Shown here in pieces: positions 35,154 through 44,576 of a DNA stretch of 64,000 nucleotides. Each line of letters starts with the position of its first letter. The first letter of the stretch is position 1. Origin of the DNA: a virus (lineage: Duplodnaviria; Caudoviricetes); IMG/VR virus record IMGVR_UViG_3300033463_000093, positions 8,099 to 72,098 of that record. One strand, written 5' to 3'. The position numbers and the translations under genes were made by a program. The notes below the pieces were generated by a model. That model had not been told where the DNA came from. It made no database searches and saw only the letters and a list, made by a program, of their open reading frames with translations.

Positions 35154-36110
35154 TTAGGTTGCCGCACTCCCGGTTGTCGTGGTGGGTGTCAGCGCCGAAG
35201 CGATACGGTCTACCACGAGGTCGGCAACGCCTGTCGCCCACAGTGTCGGTACGGCCGTCATGCTGTTGTTGGGCAGCGTGATGGTGGCAGGCTGGCTGCG
35301 CTTGATGGCCTCCACCTCGTTGGAGATGGCGTTGAGCTGTGCGATGACTGGCGCGACGCTCTGCTGTGCGACGGCTGCGGTGTACTTCTGCGACTCCAGC
35401 TCTGCGACCTTGGCGGTGAGGGCTGTGATCTCGCGGTCCTTGCGGCTCGACTCCATAGCGTCGATCTTGTTGTCAAGGGCGAGGAAGTTCTTGTTCATCG
35501 TGTCGCTCAGGCTGTAGGTCTGCTGACAGAGTGCGAGCTGGTCGGCTGCGCTCTTTGCGGCGATCGACTGCTGTACTCCGTTGATTCCCTGTGACAGGGT
35601 GTTCGTCTGCTGACACATTGCCAGTTGGTTCTGGCAGCAGCACTGCTGGAACTGTGATGCGAGGCTTGCGTTGCCCGACTGGATGGCGTTTACCACCTGC
35701 AGGGCGTTCATGCCCTGGTTCGCGGCGATCGTCGCAAGCGAGTTCTGTACGTTCTGTACGGCTGCGTTTACGAGGTTGAAGTCCTGTCCGAGGGTTGTCG
35801 CAAGGCTCTGGATGGCCGTGCGTGACGCCTCGCCCTGGTTGGTTACTGCCTGCATGATGAGGTCGCGGCCCGAGTCGTTTGCGAGCTGGTTGCTCAGGAA
35901 TGCTGCGCCACCGCCGTTGTTGCCGCCGAATCCGTTTCCCCATCCGCCGTTACCCCATCCGAACATGGAGGCGATGATGGCGAGTCCGAAGAGGTCTGCG
36001 ATACCGTTCATGCCGTTGTTGCCGAACAGTCCGTTACCGCCGCCCACGGGAATGCTGAAGGGGATGCCGCTTCCTGCATTGCCGTCTGGAATTTGATAAA
36101 TTTCTGCCAT
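35154..36110 (-). CDS. Gly/Asn-rich, Gln-rich coiled-coil protein with CCC motif
   Basis: 'FGWGNGGWGNGFGG' TM-like block, 'QQCCCQNQ'. Confidence 0.8.
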   Translation of the reverse strand: MAEIYQIPDGNAGSGIPFSIPVGGGNGLFGNNGMNGIADLFGLAIIASMFGWGNGGWGNGFGGNNGGGAAFLSNQLANDSGRDLIMQAVTNQGEASRTAIQSLATTLGQDFNLVNAAVQNVQNSLATIAANQGMNALQVVNAIQSGNASLASQFQQCCCQNQLAMCQQTNTLSQGINGVQQSIAAKSAADQLALCQQTYSLSDTMNKNFLALDNKIDAMESSRKDREITALTAKVAELESQKYTAAVAQQSVAPVIAQLNAISNEVEAIKRSQPATITLPNNSMTAVPTLWATGVADLVVDRIASALTPTTTTGSAAT

Positions 36111-36171
36111 AGTAGTTGAAATTTGGATTGTTAATAATTAAAGTTTACTCTGTCGCTGCGCATTGACAGGG

Positions 36172-36179
36172 CAAATTTA
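36172..36179 (-). promoter_or_regulatory. -7 promoter box of the unknown module
   Basis: TAAATTTG on minus strand. Confidence 0.55.
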
Positions 36180-36225
36180 GCAACCGTATGGCTATTGTGC
36201 AAGGATTACGGCGGATAGACGCTGC

Positions 36226-36459
36226 TCAAAACGTGCAGTCAAGTATCATCTTCCCGATGATCTTATACACTTTACGCTCGCAGATACCGTACTTTTCGGA
36301 AAGGTGGGCGATGATGTATGTCGTCTTATGACCCATCTCCTTCATCATGTCAAACTCCTCTACCATTTGGAGATGCTGATAATAATCCATACAAATGCCG
36401 CGTTCGTGCAGCATTTTCATCAAAATTTCCCCAATTTTTATTAATTCTTTCACTTTCAT
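36226..36459 (-). CDS. small HTH (Mor-like) regulator
   Basis: 'IAHLSEKYGICERKVYKII' HTH. Confidence 0.7.
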   Translation of the reverse strand: MKVKELIKIGEILMKMLHERGICMDYYQHLQMVEEFDMMKEMGHKTTYIIAHLSEKYGICERKVYKIIGKMILDCTF

Positions 36460-36508
36460 AAGTGCAAAATGTTGGTTGATTAATATTATTTTGTTACTTT
36501 TGCACCCG

Positions 36509-36618
36509 TCTCACCACATCGCGGAATAAAAGAAACCCCACAGACATGGAAGTTGGGTATAGTCCCCCGCCCCATGCCTGTGGGATTTTTCGTAAGAAAT
36601 GTGGTGAGATACTTTTTT
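36509..36618 (+). ncRNA. candidate ~100-nt hairpin RNA
   Basis: TACTTTTG box at 36495; TCTCACCACAT/ATGTGGTGAGA outer stem, CCCACAG.CATGG/CCATG.CTGTGGG inner stem, T-run after. Confidence 0.4.
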
Positions 36619-36638
36619 ATGAAAGCGGGGGACCTTTT

Positions 36639-37190
36639 CTATTCCCCTGCCTTGTACGCCTTCTTGTACTTGCACTCGTTGCACCTGGAGCGCAGGCAGT
36701 ACTCGCATGACATAGGATAGTCGACAGGTAGGTAGTAGTGGATCGTCTGGTTCTCGTCCTTCACCTCGTCCTGCTTCATCCGCGTGACGTCCACGATGAG
36801 CTTGTTGGTGTCGAGCCATTCCTTGCTGCCCACCGCCATGCCGGACTTTGCCGTCTGTAGGTCGTAGAGCATCTGCTCCTTCGACATGGCAGCACCGAGG
36901 ACGTCCTCACGCTCCTTGTTCGTGGTGTTCTTGATGGCATCCTTCTGACGTTGTGACAGCACGCTCCTCGTCTCGTCGATGCGGTTCTTGACGTGCTCGT
37001 TGTCAAGGAGCTTCTGAACCTCCTCCTTCAGCGCACGCTTCACCCATGTGGAGCCCTTGTGGAAGGCGACGATGAATGCGTCGGACGGCTCCCATCCGAC
37101 CGCCACGAGGTCTGCGAACGCAAGCCCCTCTGCCGATAGCTTCAGTGCCTTGCATATCTTCTCTGTCTTCTGTGATACCTCAAGCTCCAT
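36639..37190 (-). CDS. putative terminase small subunit
   Basis: position after portal; helical N-terminus; C-terminal Cys cluster. Confidence 0.5.
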   Translation of the reverse strand: MELEVSQKTEKICKALKLSAEGLAFADLVAVGWEPSDAFIVAFHKGSTWVKRALKEEVQKLLDNEHVKNRIDETRSVLSQRQKDAIKNTTNKEREDVLGAAMSKEQMLYDLQTAKSGMAVGSKEWLDTNKLIVDVTRMKQDEVKDENQTIHYYLPVDYPMSCEYCLRSRCNECKYKKAYKAGE

Positions 37191-37193
37191 GTC

Positions 37194-38852
37194 TTAGTGT
37201 GTTTGGTTCCACTGCTGCCAGTTGTTCTCGCCGGGCCTGTTCCCCCACTTGTCGGTCTCGCGCCTCTTGTTGCCCTGACCGGTGTTGACGTCCTGGCCTC
37301 CTGCTGACGATGCCTTTATCTCGCGTATCTTCTCGTCCGTCTGTACCTTGATCTTGTCGAGCTCAGCCTGCTGGTCGAGCTTGCGCTTCTCGAGGTCCTC
37401 GTGTATGATGCGCTCTATCTCGTCGTTGCGAGAGTACTTCACGATGCGCTCCGATGCCGTCTGGTGCGAGAGGAACCCGTTCTGTACGGCCGTTGCGAGG
37501 TTCGTGGTGAGCTCCTGGTCATTCTGGTGGATGTACGGCTCTATCCATGCGTTGACGGGAAGGGCAAGCAGCGATGCCTGGCAGTTCTTCTCGAAGCCGT
37601 ATCCGTACTTGACGAAGTAGACGCAGTCGTTGATGAACGGCTGGAGCTTCTGTGCGTCGTGGATGGCCTGCTCGATGGCGGGAGAGAACAGCAGCTTGAC
37701 GGCCACGCCCGGCAGGTCTCCTGACTTCAGCTCAGGCGGCTTCACGCCGAAGGACTGCTCGTAGATCATGTCGTACAGGAGCTTCAGCTGCGTGTTGAAC
37801 GCTGCGGACACCTCTGCCTTCTGGAGGAATCCGGCATCGCCCTTCTCGTCCTGAATCTCGATGTACTTCACGGCTCCCGTTATCTCGTCCGGCTTGAACT
37901 CCACGCCGTCGCCCTTTGACCACATGATCGGGAAAGCGTAGGCCCGGTTGTTCTCGCAGAAGTAGGAGAACGCCTCCTCGTATGTCTCGATGGTCTCCTG
38001 TGACGGTAGGAAGCATGCGCCTCCCTCCTCGCGGTGGTACGCCACGGGCACACGGTCGAAGCCGTGCTCCTTCTGGTAGTATATCTCGTATCCGCTGATG
38101 CCGAAGAATTCCTTGATCTTCTCGAGTACCTTCTGGGTCCTCGTCTGTGCCACGGAACGGCGCGCGCGGTACAGGTATTTCTCGTCCCATATCTCGACAT
38201 ACTCCGACGAGTAGCGCCCGTTATCGTCATAGTCTGCGTACTTTCGTGCGAAGAGCTCCATCTTGCCCGTTATGCTGTCTCGGTGCGGGTATAGGGTGTC
38301 ACCTTTCATATATGACATGACGCGCGCCCGCGCATGACCCTCCTCGTCGAAGTAAAACGCTATGGCGGCGTCGCCGACAATCTTGTATTCCGTGAAGTCG
38401 TAGAAGTTGTACTCCATGTCCATGTCGAGCCATCCCTGACGGAATGTGACGAAGTCGGTCTGCTTCTCCTCCTCGGTCCTCTCGCTGCCCACCTTTCCCG
38501 ACAGCTCGAACTGCATGTCGTTGCCGGTGATGTGCACGCGCTGCTTGGTCGCTATGACGTGCTGGAACGCGAATGCCGTGCGTATGATCGGCTGGACGTA
38601 TATCCTTCCTGTCTCCGGGTTCTTCTTCACCACGTCTGGATAGAGCTGCGGATCGTTGATAGCATGTCCTGAGGGGTAGTACATCCGCAGGAAGTCGGCC
38701 TGCGTGATGATGCGCATCATGGGGTTGTCGATAGGCTCGTAGACCTTCTGACCCCTTCTTACCACACGGTGTGCCTTGTAGCCGTTTGGCATTATCTCGT
38801 AGAACGGCTCCCGTGTAAGGATTTCCTTGTAGTTCGGTTTGATGTTATCCAT
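37194..38852 (-). CDS. portal protein (SPP1 gp6-like)
   Basis: 552 aa next to TerL; 'VPVAYHR', 'LPGVAVKLLFSPAIEQA', 'GFLSHQTA'. Confidence 0.85.
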   Translation of the reverse strand: MDNIKPNYKEILTREPFYEIMPNGYKAHRVVRRGQKVYEPIDNPMMRIITQADFLRMYYPSGHAINDPQLYPDVVKKNPETGRIYVQPIIRTAFAFQHVIATKQRVHITGNDMQFELSGKVGSERTEEEKQTDFVTFRQGWLDMDMEYNFYDFTEYKIVGDAAIAFYFDEEGHARARVMSYMKGDTLYPHRDSITGKMELFARKYADYDDNGRYSSEYVEIWDEKYLYRARRSVAQTRTQKVLEKIKEFFGISGYEIYYQKEHGFDRVPVAYHREEGGACFLPSQETIETYEEAFSYFCENNRAYAFPIMWSKGDGVEFKPDEITGAVKYIEIQDEKGDAGFLQKAEVSAAFNTQLKLLYDMIYEQSFGVKPPELKSGDLPGVAVKLLFSPAIEQAIHDAQKLQPFINDCVYFVKYGYGFEKNCQASLLALPVNAWIEPYIHQNDQELTTNLATAVQNGFLSHQTASERIVKYSRNDEIERIIHEDLEKRKLDQQAELDKIKVQTDEKIREIKASSAGGQDVNTGQGNKRRETDKWGNRPGENNWQQWNQTH

Positions 38853-38869
38853 ATCTGTTTACCTTAAAT

Positions 38870-40498
38870 TTATATACACCATGTGCCTTTTGCCTTCTTG
38901 TGTTTCCTCTTCGTGTTCAGCTCAAAGATGAACCTGAAGAGCAGGGACTCGAAGAAGTCAGGCGAGTGCCCGATGATCTTCTTCATGTCGTCCTTAGAGA
39001 TGAGCTGGAAGGCTTTCCCCGTAGACTCCTTCGTGCGCCGTATGCACTTGCGTTCGCGCATGAGTATGTCCTTGAGCCTCGTCTTCCCGTATCCGTGCCC
39101 GTCGAACGTGCGGTCGAGGAGATGACGGTCTATGGACATCTCCCCGTCGCGCAGGGCCTTGTACAGCATGACCGCGCACTGCGCCTTGAGGTCCTTGTAC
39201 AGCTTCTTGTATCCGTCCTGCTCCTTCTCCGACGGTGCTATCGGAGCAGCCTGGTTGATGAATTTCACCGCGTCGGGCAGGTGTCCCTCGAGTATCTGCC
39301 CCACGCCCTGAAAGTCGTATGTCAGGTTCTCCTCTGCCACACCCCACTCCACGAGCTTCGCCTTGAGGACGTTCTCGAGTGTCTTGGAGTCGTAGCGGCA
39401 GACGTACACGTCGACGATGTGCTTCCCCTGCCAGAGCCACATGACGCAGTTGTCGCCTCCCTGTAGCGCTATGTCCGCAGTGGCGTACAGCGTGTCGTCG
39501 TCGGTGTTCTGGTATGCGTTGTCGTAGAAGTTCAGCATGTCGTCCATCTTGATGAGGTCGTCGCCAGCGGAGCGGAACTTCCAGTTTCCGTCGAGGTCCC
39601 TGCTCTGCTGTTCCTCGTCCTGGTTCATCAGGTTGGCGAGGTACTCCGGGTTGGACTTCATCAGCTTCTTGTTGTCCTCGAGCTTTCCCTCCACGAACGC
39701 CACGGACTTGATTGACAGCTCCGCAGGCGTGCCGAACTCCTCGAAGGCCGGCTTCCAGTGCTTGAGGATGTCGTCCCTGCACAGGTCGTAGACCTCATCG
39801 CGGCTGTCGCCCCACACGATCTCGTTGACTTCGTTGCCTGGCATGTAGCAGTATTTTATCATGCCGTCCCTCTCCGGTATGGGATAGCCCTCCTCGTCGA
39901 GCCATCCTCCGTCGTCGAGGAACTTCGCCACCCACGAGTCTGGATCGGGGTTGCAGGTCCCGATGAAGCGCGTGCGTATGCCGTAGGCGTTACGGTTGTC
40001 CGTCAGGAGGTACTTGAACTTCTTGTACGGACAGTGCGTTATCTCGTCGAGACCTATGTATGCGTACTGCTTTCCCTGGAACCTCTTCTTGAACGACTCG
40101 TATTCGCCCTCATAGTACGAGAACTTCAGCTTTGCGCCGCTGTAGAAGTTCCATGTCATGTCGATGAGCGACTTGTTGTACTCGCCGTATTGCGAATAGA
40201 CCTCGTACGACACCTCCACGAGGTCTGCGAGGTCTGGTTTCTCGTTACGGAGTATGAGGCTCCTGAAATTCCTGTTCTGTACGTCCTCGAGTGTCTCCAT
40301 CAGCAGGGAGTAGCTCTTCGCGCCGCCCCTCTTTCCTCCGTATATCAGAAGCTGCGCCGGAGAAGAGAGTGCATTCTCCTGGCTTCCCGCCTGCGCATAG
40401 ATTGTGTTGGCGGCGTTGGCGTCACGCAGCGACTGTACGAACTCCTGTGTGTATACAGGCTCGCCATTCGGCAATTTTAGCCCTGAAAACACTCTCAT
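38870..40498 (-). CDS. terL: terminase large subunit
   Basis: Walker A GGKRGGAKS, Walker B GLDEI, 'GTCNP', nuclease 'ADIALQGGD', 'HSPDFFES'. Confidence 0.92.
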   Translation of the reverse strand: MRVFSGLKLPNGEPVYTQEFVQSLRDANAANTIYAQAGSQENALSSPAQLLIYGGKRGGAKSYSLLMETLEDVQNRNFRSLILRNEKPDLADLVEVSYEVYSQYGEYNKSLIDMTWNFYSGAKLKFSYYEGEYESFKKRFQGKQYAYIGLDEITHCPYKKFKYLLTDNRNAYGIRTRFIGTCNPDPDSWVAKFLDDGGWLDEEGYPIPERDGMIKYCYMPGNEVNEIVWGDSRDEVYDLCRDDILKHWKPAFEEFGTPAELSIKSVAFVEGKLEDNKKLMKSNPEYLANLMNQDEEQQSRDLDGNWKFRSAGDDLIKMDDMLNFYDNAYQNTDDDTLYATADIALQGGDNCVMWLWQGKHIVDVYVCRYDSKTLENVLKAKLVEWGVAEENLTYDFQGVGQILEGHLPDAVKFINQAAPIAPSEKEQDGYKKLYKDLKAQCAVMLYKALRDGEMSIDRHLLDRTFDGHGYGKTRLKDILMRERKCIRRTKESTGKAFQLISKDDMKKIIGHSPDFFESLLFRFIFELNTKRKHKKAKGTWCI

Positions 40499-40523
40499 TT
40501 TGTATAATTATACAATTTCTTTG

Positions 40524-40573
40524 CAAAAATACGCAAAAAAATTTGGAAGTTGCAAAAAAATTGCATATTTTTG
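40524..40573. promoter_or_regulatory. divergent late promoters (-7 boxes)
   Basis: TATTTTTG on minus (40524-40531) and on plus (40566-40573). Confidence 0.5.
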
Positions 40574-40699
40574 CACAAAATTGGTATATTTATTCAAAAA
40601 TCGTACCCGTGAGGGCCTGAAAATGTGTCAATTATGGTCAGTAGATTTGTTTTAGATTTATAATCCATTTCTTTGCAAAACCCGAGGCGTCGGGTATCC

Positions 40700-40774
40700 G
40701 GGGTTATAGCTCAGTCTGGTTAGAGCATCTGCTTTGCAAGCAGAGGGTCGTGGGTTCAAATCCCTCTAATTCCA
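40700..40774 (+). tRNA. tRNA-Ala (TGC), CCA not encoded
   Basis: GGGGTTA/TAATTCC acceptor with G3:U70, D-arm TAGCTCAGTCTGGTTAGAGC, anticodon arm TCTGC-TTTGCAA-GCAGA, TTCAAAT T-loop. Confidence 0.9.
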
Positions 40775-40825
40775 CGAAAGCAGGAAGGACCTGCAATCAG
40801 GATAACGTTATAAAAATTTTTAAGC

Positions 40826-41512
40826 ATGGAAAGAGAAGAACTCTTACAGCAGGTTAATGAGAGCATTGAGGCTGACGGAAAGCAGCTGTCACCCTCGCTC
40901 AGTGAGGAATCCATCAATGGTGAGCTCGACGATGCATTGGAGGACATCTCCGACGACGAGGAGAACAACAAGAAGGTCGTATCGCGACTGGCAAAGCGTC
41001 TTCTCCGTATGGACGGTAACATCCACAGCAACGTATCGAAGCAGGTAAGCGACTACAAGAAGGCTCACCCCGGTGCGCAGAAGAAGCCCAAGGAGGGCGA
41101 AGGCAAAGGTAACGAGGACGGCAAGTCAGAGTACCAGAAGCTGCTCGAGCGCATTGAGGCGATGGAGACCGCACAGAAGCAGAAGACCGAGGCAGAGGCG
41201 AAGAACGCCATCGTCGCCGAGGTTAGCAAAGGCTTCAAGGCCAAGTTCAAGGAGGCCGGCATAGAGGTTAACGGTTATATCTTCCGTCAGACTCTCCGGG
41301 ATCTCGAGATCCCCGACACTGAGGAAAAGGTGGACACCGCGTCCCTCGTGAAGGCGCTGGAGAAGGAGTACCACAAGAACCTGAAAGAAGCAGGTCTTGA
41401 CAAGAAGGACACCTCCAAGCCGCGCTTCGGCAGCCGTGAGGGAGGCAAAGGCGAAAGTGCCGCCGACCGCTACTGGGCTCGCAAGGGCAGGAAGGAAGGT
41501 TGGAAAAAATAG
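40826..41512 (+). CDS. capsid scaffolding protein
   Basis: charged coiled-coil protein upstream of capsid genes. Confidence 0.7.
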   Translation: MEREELLQQVNESIEADGKQLSPSLSEESINGELDDALEDISDDEENNKKVVSRLAKRLLRMDGNIHSNVSKQVSDYKKAHPGAQKKPKEGEGKGNEDGKSEYQKLLERIEAMETAQKQKTEAEAKNAIVAEVSKGFKAKFKEAGIEVNGYIFRQTLRDLEIPDTEEKVDTASLVKALEKEYHKNLKEAGLDKKDTSKPRFGSREGGKGESAADRYWARKGRKEGWKK

Positions 41513-41579
41513 TACCTCATAAGGTATGAAGATAGTGAGTAAGGATAACATTTTTTATTAACGAAAAAAAAGCATTACT

Positions 41580-42005
41580 ATGGGAAGAATGGGTAACACA
41601 TTCGGCAGCCAGACGGTAAGCGCAGGTCACGCCCGCAAGGTGTGGAGAGAGGTCAAGGACCAGTTCCCCGCAGGCGGTGTCGTGTCCAACCTGAGCGACT
41701 GGCTCTCCGGCGGGGTCGGCAAGATTCCCGCAGGTACGTTCTGCAAATGGTATGACGACGGCGCTAACGGCAAGAAGGTGGTGTGCTACACTGCCGCACA
41801 GATCAAGGCAGCCAGCGGCAACCCCGCAAGCCTCGGCATCAACGGCGCTACCCTCTATGACATCGACATCGAGGCAGGCGAGACCGTAGGAACGGCAACC
41901 GTCGTTTATGCTGGCGAGTACTATGACTTCATGATCAAGGACGCTGATGTCCGCACCATCGTGAAGGGCCTCGCTGCACTGAGTGAGATCAAGTTCGTGT
42001 CATAG
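41580..42005 (+). CDS. head decoration/cement protein
   Basis: small beta-rich protein between scaffold and MCP. Confidence 0.6.
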   Translation: MGRMGNTFGSQTVSAGHARKVWREVKDQFPAGGVVSNLSDWLSGGVGKIPAGTFCKWYDDGANGKKVVCYTAAQIKAASGNPASLGINGATLYDIDIEAGETVGTATVVYAGEYYDFMIKDADVRTIVKGLAALSEIKFVS

Positions 42006-42045
42006 GCACGGGCAAGTGTTTAACAAATTAAGACAGGAAACAGTT

Positions 42046-43293
42046 ATGAATACTAATCCAGTAGGAATGTTTTCGGTGTTTGACAACGGTCTCGGCGGCC
42101 TTGACTGGCAGTCGTGGGTGGACCGCTACGAGGAGAAGTACGACGCCTTCGAGGTGGACGGCTTCGAGTTCGCCCCCACCACGTTGAACTACACCTTTGC
42201 GCAGCTCATTGCGAGCACCGGCGCAACGGCTCTGCCCACATGGGTGGATCCTGAGTCTCCTGGCTATGAGGCAGCCCTTAGAGAGCTGAGCGGCAGGACT
42301 GGCAACATCCCGACCGCAAAGCGCTTCTACCGCTTCAACCGCACCATCATCAACGAGCAGCTCCAGCTGATCCAGCGCTACGGCAACGTGGCCATGACCC
42401 CCGAGATGGAAGACATCTTCATGGGTCTGAACGATGAGGGTACGGACGGCCTCATCCAGATGTTCAACAACGCCCTGACACACATCCGCAACCAGGTTGT
42501 GTCCACGGGCCAGTTCGCCCTCACAAGCGTGAACAACCCGCGCGGCTTGCAGGGTATCACCATCGACTTCGGCATCGCACAGGACCACTTCGACGTCCTG
42601 ACAGGCAATGACGTATGGTGGACAAGCGATACTCACGCAAGAGAAGGCTCTTCTTCCGATCCTCTCGGCTACATGAAGAACCGTGTGCGCTGGATCCGCA
42701 AGGTCAAGCACTACGCAGGCCCCATCAAGCTCGAGATCTCTCAGGACGATTGGGACGACCTGCTCCTCCACTCGAAGGTACAGTCACGCCTCGGCATCTA
42801 CTTCTATCCTACGACCACCGACGGTGCAACCCGCATTGCCGCCATCCAGGACAAGAGCGAGGATGCCCTCAAGGCAGCCATCAAGGCCATCATCAAGGTC
42901 GACGAGATCGTGGTCAAGGACACCTATGCATTTGTGGACGCTCCCGGAACGGACGCCAACGGCGATCCCGACATCATCACCACCCGCATCGACAACTTCA
43001 AGGCAGGCAACATCGCCTTCATCCCGACGGGCAAGATCGGTGACATCCAGGGCGTGCAGCCGCTTTCCATCGGCTACGAGCCTGACAAGGTGGCATACTA
43101 CAACGGCGGTCGTCTGCTCCTGACCCAGCGTGCAAACCCGAAGACACACTCAGTGTACATCGAGGGTGAGTTCGCACAGATCTGCGTGCCGAGCGTCCCG
43201 CAGTGGATGTTCATCAGCACCGTCGTAGGTGACGGCTCTTCTTCCAGCTCTTCTTCAGGCTCTTCTTCGAGCGAATCGAGTTCAAGTGAGTAA
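42046..43293 (+). CDS. major capsid protein with poly-Ser C-terminal tail
   Basis: start re-called at MNTNPVG; gpE-like features ('TIDFGI', 'SDPL..MK'); ends GSSSSSSSGSSSSESSSSE. Confidence 0.88.
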   Translation: MNTNPVGMFSVFDNGLGGLDWQSWVDRYEEKYDAFEVDGFEFAPTTLNYTFAQLIASTGATALPTWVDPESPGYEAALRELSGRTGNIPTAKRFYRFNRTIINEQLQLIQRYGNVAMTPEMEDIFMGLNDEGTDGLIQMFNNALTHIRNQVVSTGQFALTSVNNPRGLQGITIDFGIAQDHFDVLTGNDVWWTSDTHAREGSSSDPLGYMKNRVRWIRKVKHYAGPIKLEISQDDWDDLLLHSKVQSRLGIYFYPTTTDGATRIAAIQDKSEDALKAAIKAIIKVDEIVVKDTYAFVDAPGTDANGDPDIITTRIDNFKAGNIAFIPTGKIGDIQGVQPLSIGYEPDKVAYYNGGRLLLTQRANPKTHSVYIEGEFAQICVPSVPQWMFISTVVGDGSSSSSSSGSSSSESSSSE

Positions 43294-43303
43294 AGGATAG
43301 CGT

Positions 43304-43744
43304 ATGGACTTCTCAAGACAAGTGAACTACAAGTCGGACTTCGACGTGCTCCTGCACGTTGTTGACGCGGACGGCAATGCTGTCGGCTTCCCGACATTCG
43401 ATTTCGTTCTGGCGTTCACCTCGAGCGGCCAGAATAAGTTCGAGGCTGGTCAGGCCAACGGCTTCAAGCGCGGTGTGAGCGATGCAGACGGTGACATCCG
43501 TGTCGTCTTCAATGACCATCACCTGTTGCCCGGCACCCTCAACCTTGAAGTTCGCGCCGACGTTGAGAACGACATCTATCCTGACGGAAAGAAGCTGTAT
43601 GTGTTTGAAGTGCCCACGAACATCACCCTGACCAGTGGCGCCGGGGAGGTGAGCACGGGCATCTCTATTGACGTTAACCTGCCGTTTGCCGTGGGGTCTG
43701 CCAGCAGCAGCTCCAGCTCGGAGGGCGGCAGCAGCTCTGAATAA
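43304..43744 (+). CDS. virion accessory beta-sandwich protein with Ser-rich tail
   Basis: 'NYKSDFD...VVFNDHHL..G.L...IYPDG' resembles N-termini of Bacteroidetes phage fibres; ends SASSSSSSEGGSSSE. Confidence 0.65.
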   Translation: MDFSRQVNYKSDFDVLLHVVDADGNAVGFPTFDFVLAFTSSGQNKFEAGQANGFKRGVSDADGDIRVVFNDHHLLPGTLNLEVRADVENDIYPDGKKLYVFEVPTNITLTSGAGEVSTGISIDVNLPFAVGSASSSSSSEGGSSSE

Positions 43745-43765
43745 ACCAAAAGGAATCATCTTCGC

Positions 43766-44200
43766 ATGAATACGAGTAACGATACCGCAAATGTTCGCAC
43801 GGTCGGGGACTGGCTCTTCGGCTGTGTGAACTTTGCCGTTCCCGACGAAGCCGTCGTGAACATCGCCATGGACAGGAACTTCTCCGTCGACACCGCAGCA
43901 AGTGACGTCGACAGGGACAGCCTGAGGCTCATGAAGGCAGACCTTTTCAAGTGGATCGTGCTTGGCGCAGGTAAGGTGAACAACACCTCCGACACCGACA
44001 ACGGCTGGAGTCACAGCGAGGGCGGCTATACGCTGTCCGAGTATGACAAGCAGCTGCTGATGGGCGAGGCCAACGCCATCTACGAGGAGCTTGAGCCCGA
44101 GAGCGTGTTCGGCAAGAAGAAGATCAGGATGCGGTCGGCAGGCATCATGCCCGCCTACCGTGACCTTGACGGAACGCCGTTACCAAGGAAGCCGCTATGA
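43766..44200 (+). CDS. head-tail adaptor (DUF6706-like)
   Basis: position after MCP; 'DNGWSHSEGG' motif. Confidence 0.65.
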   Translation: MNTSNDTANVRTVGDWLFGCVNFAVPDEAVVNIAMDRNFSVDTAASDVDRDSLRLMKADLFKWIVLGAGKVNNTSDTDNGWSHSEGGYTLSEYDKQLLMGEANAIYEELEPESVFGKKKIRMRSAGIMPAYRDLDGTPLPRKPL

Positions 44201-44574
44201 GAAAAACGAGAGTCGACAACCCGCGCTATCCGCACTACATACGGATCACCCGTAAGGTGGTGGCAGACTGGCTTGACGAGAGCAAGACGGAAGATGCGTT
44301 CACGGTGTACGCAGGCCCCGGCAGGAGCTATACGGACACCACGACGACGGGTGACGCGAAAGTGGACTCCAACAAGCGCAAGTGCTCCATCCCGGTGCGT
44401 TTCGACGTATGGGGCGGCAATGTCGACGGAATGCAGCTTGTGCCGATGAGCGGAGACATGGTATACGTCATCAAGGGGAACATCCACGAGGAGTGGGAGG
44501 TCAGTGACTTCGAGCCGGACAACGACCGCTCCGTGGTGTACGGCGAGCATAACAGGAACTTCAATGAGCAGTAG
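44197..44574 (+). CDS. head-closure protein
   Basis: synteny; 'NPRYPHYIRI'. Confidence 0.6.
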   Translation: MRKTRVDNPRYPHYIRITRKVVADWLDESKTEDAFTVYAGPGRSYTDTTTTGDAKVDSNKRKCSIPVRFDVWGGNVDGMQLVPMSGDMVYVIKGNIHEEWEVSDFEPDNDRSVVYGEHNRNFNEQ

Positions 44575-44576
44575 TC

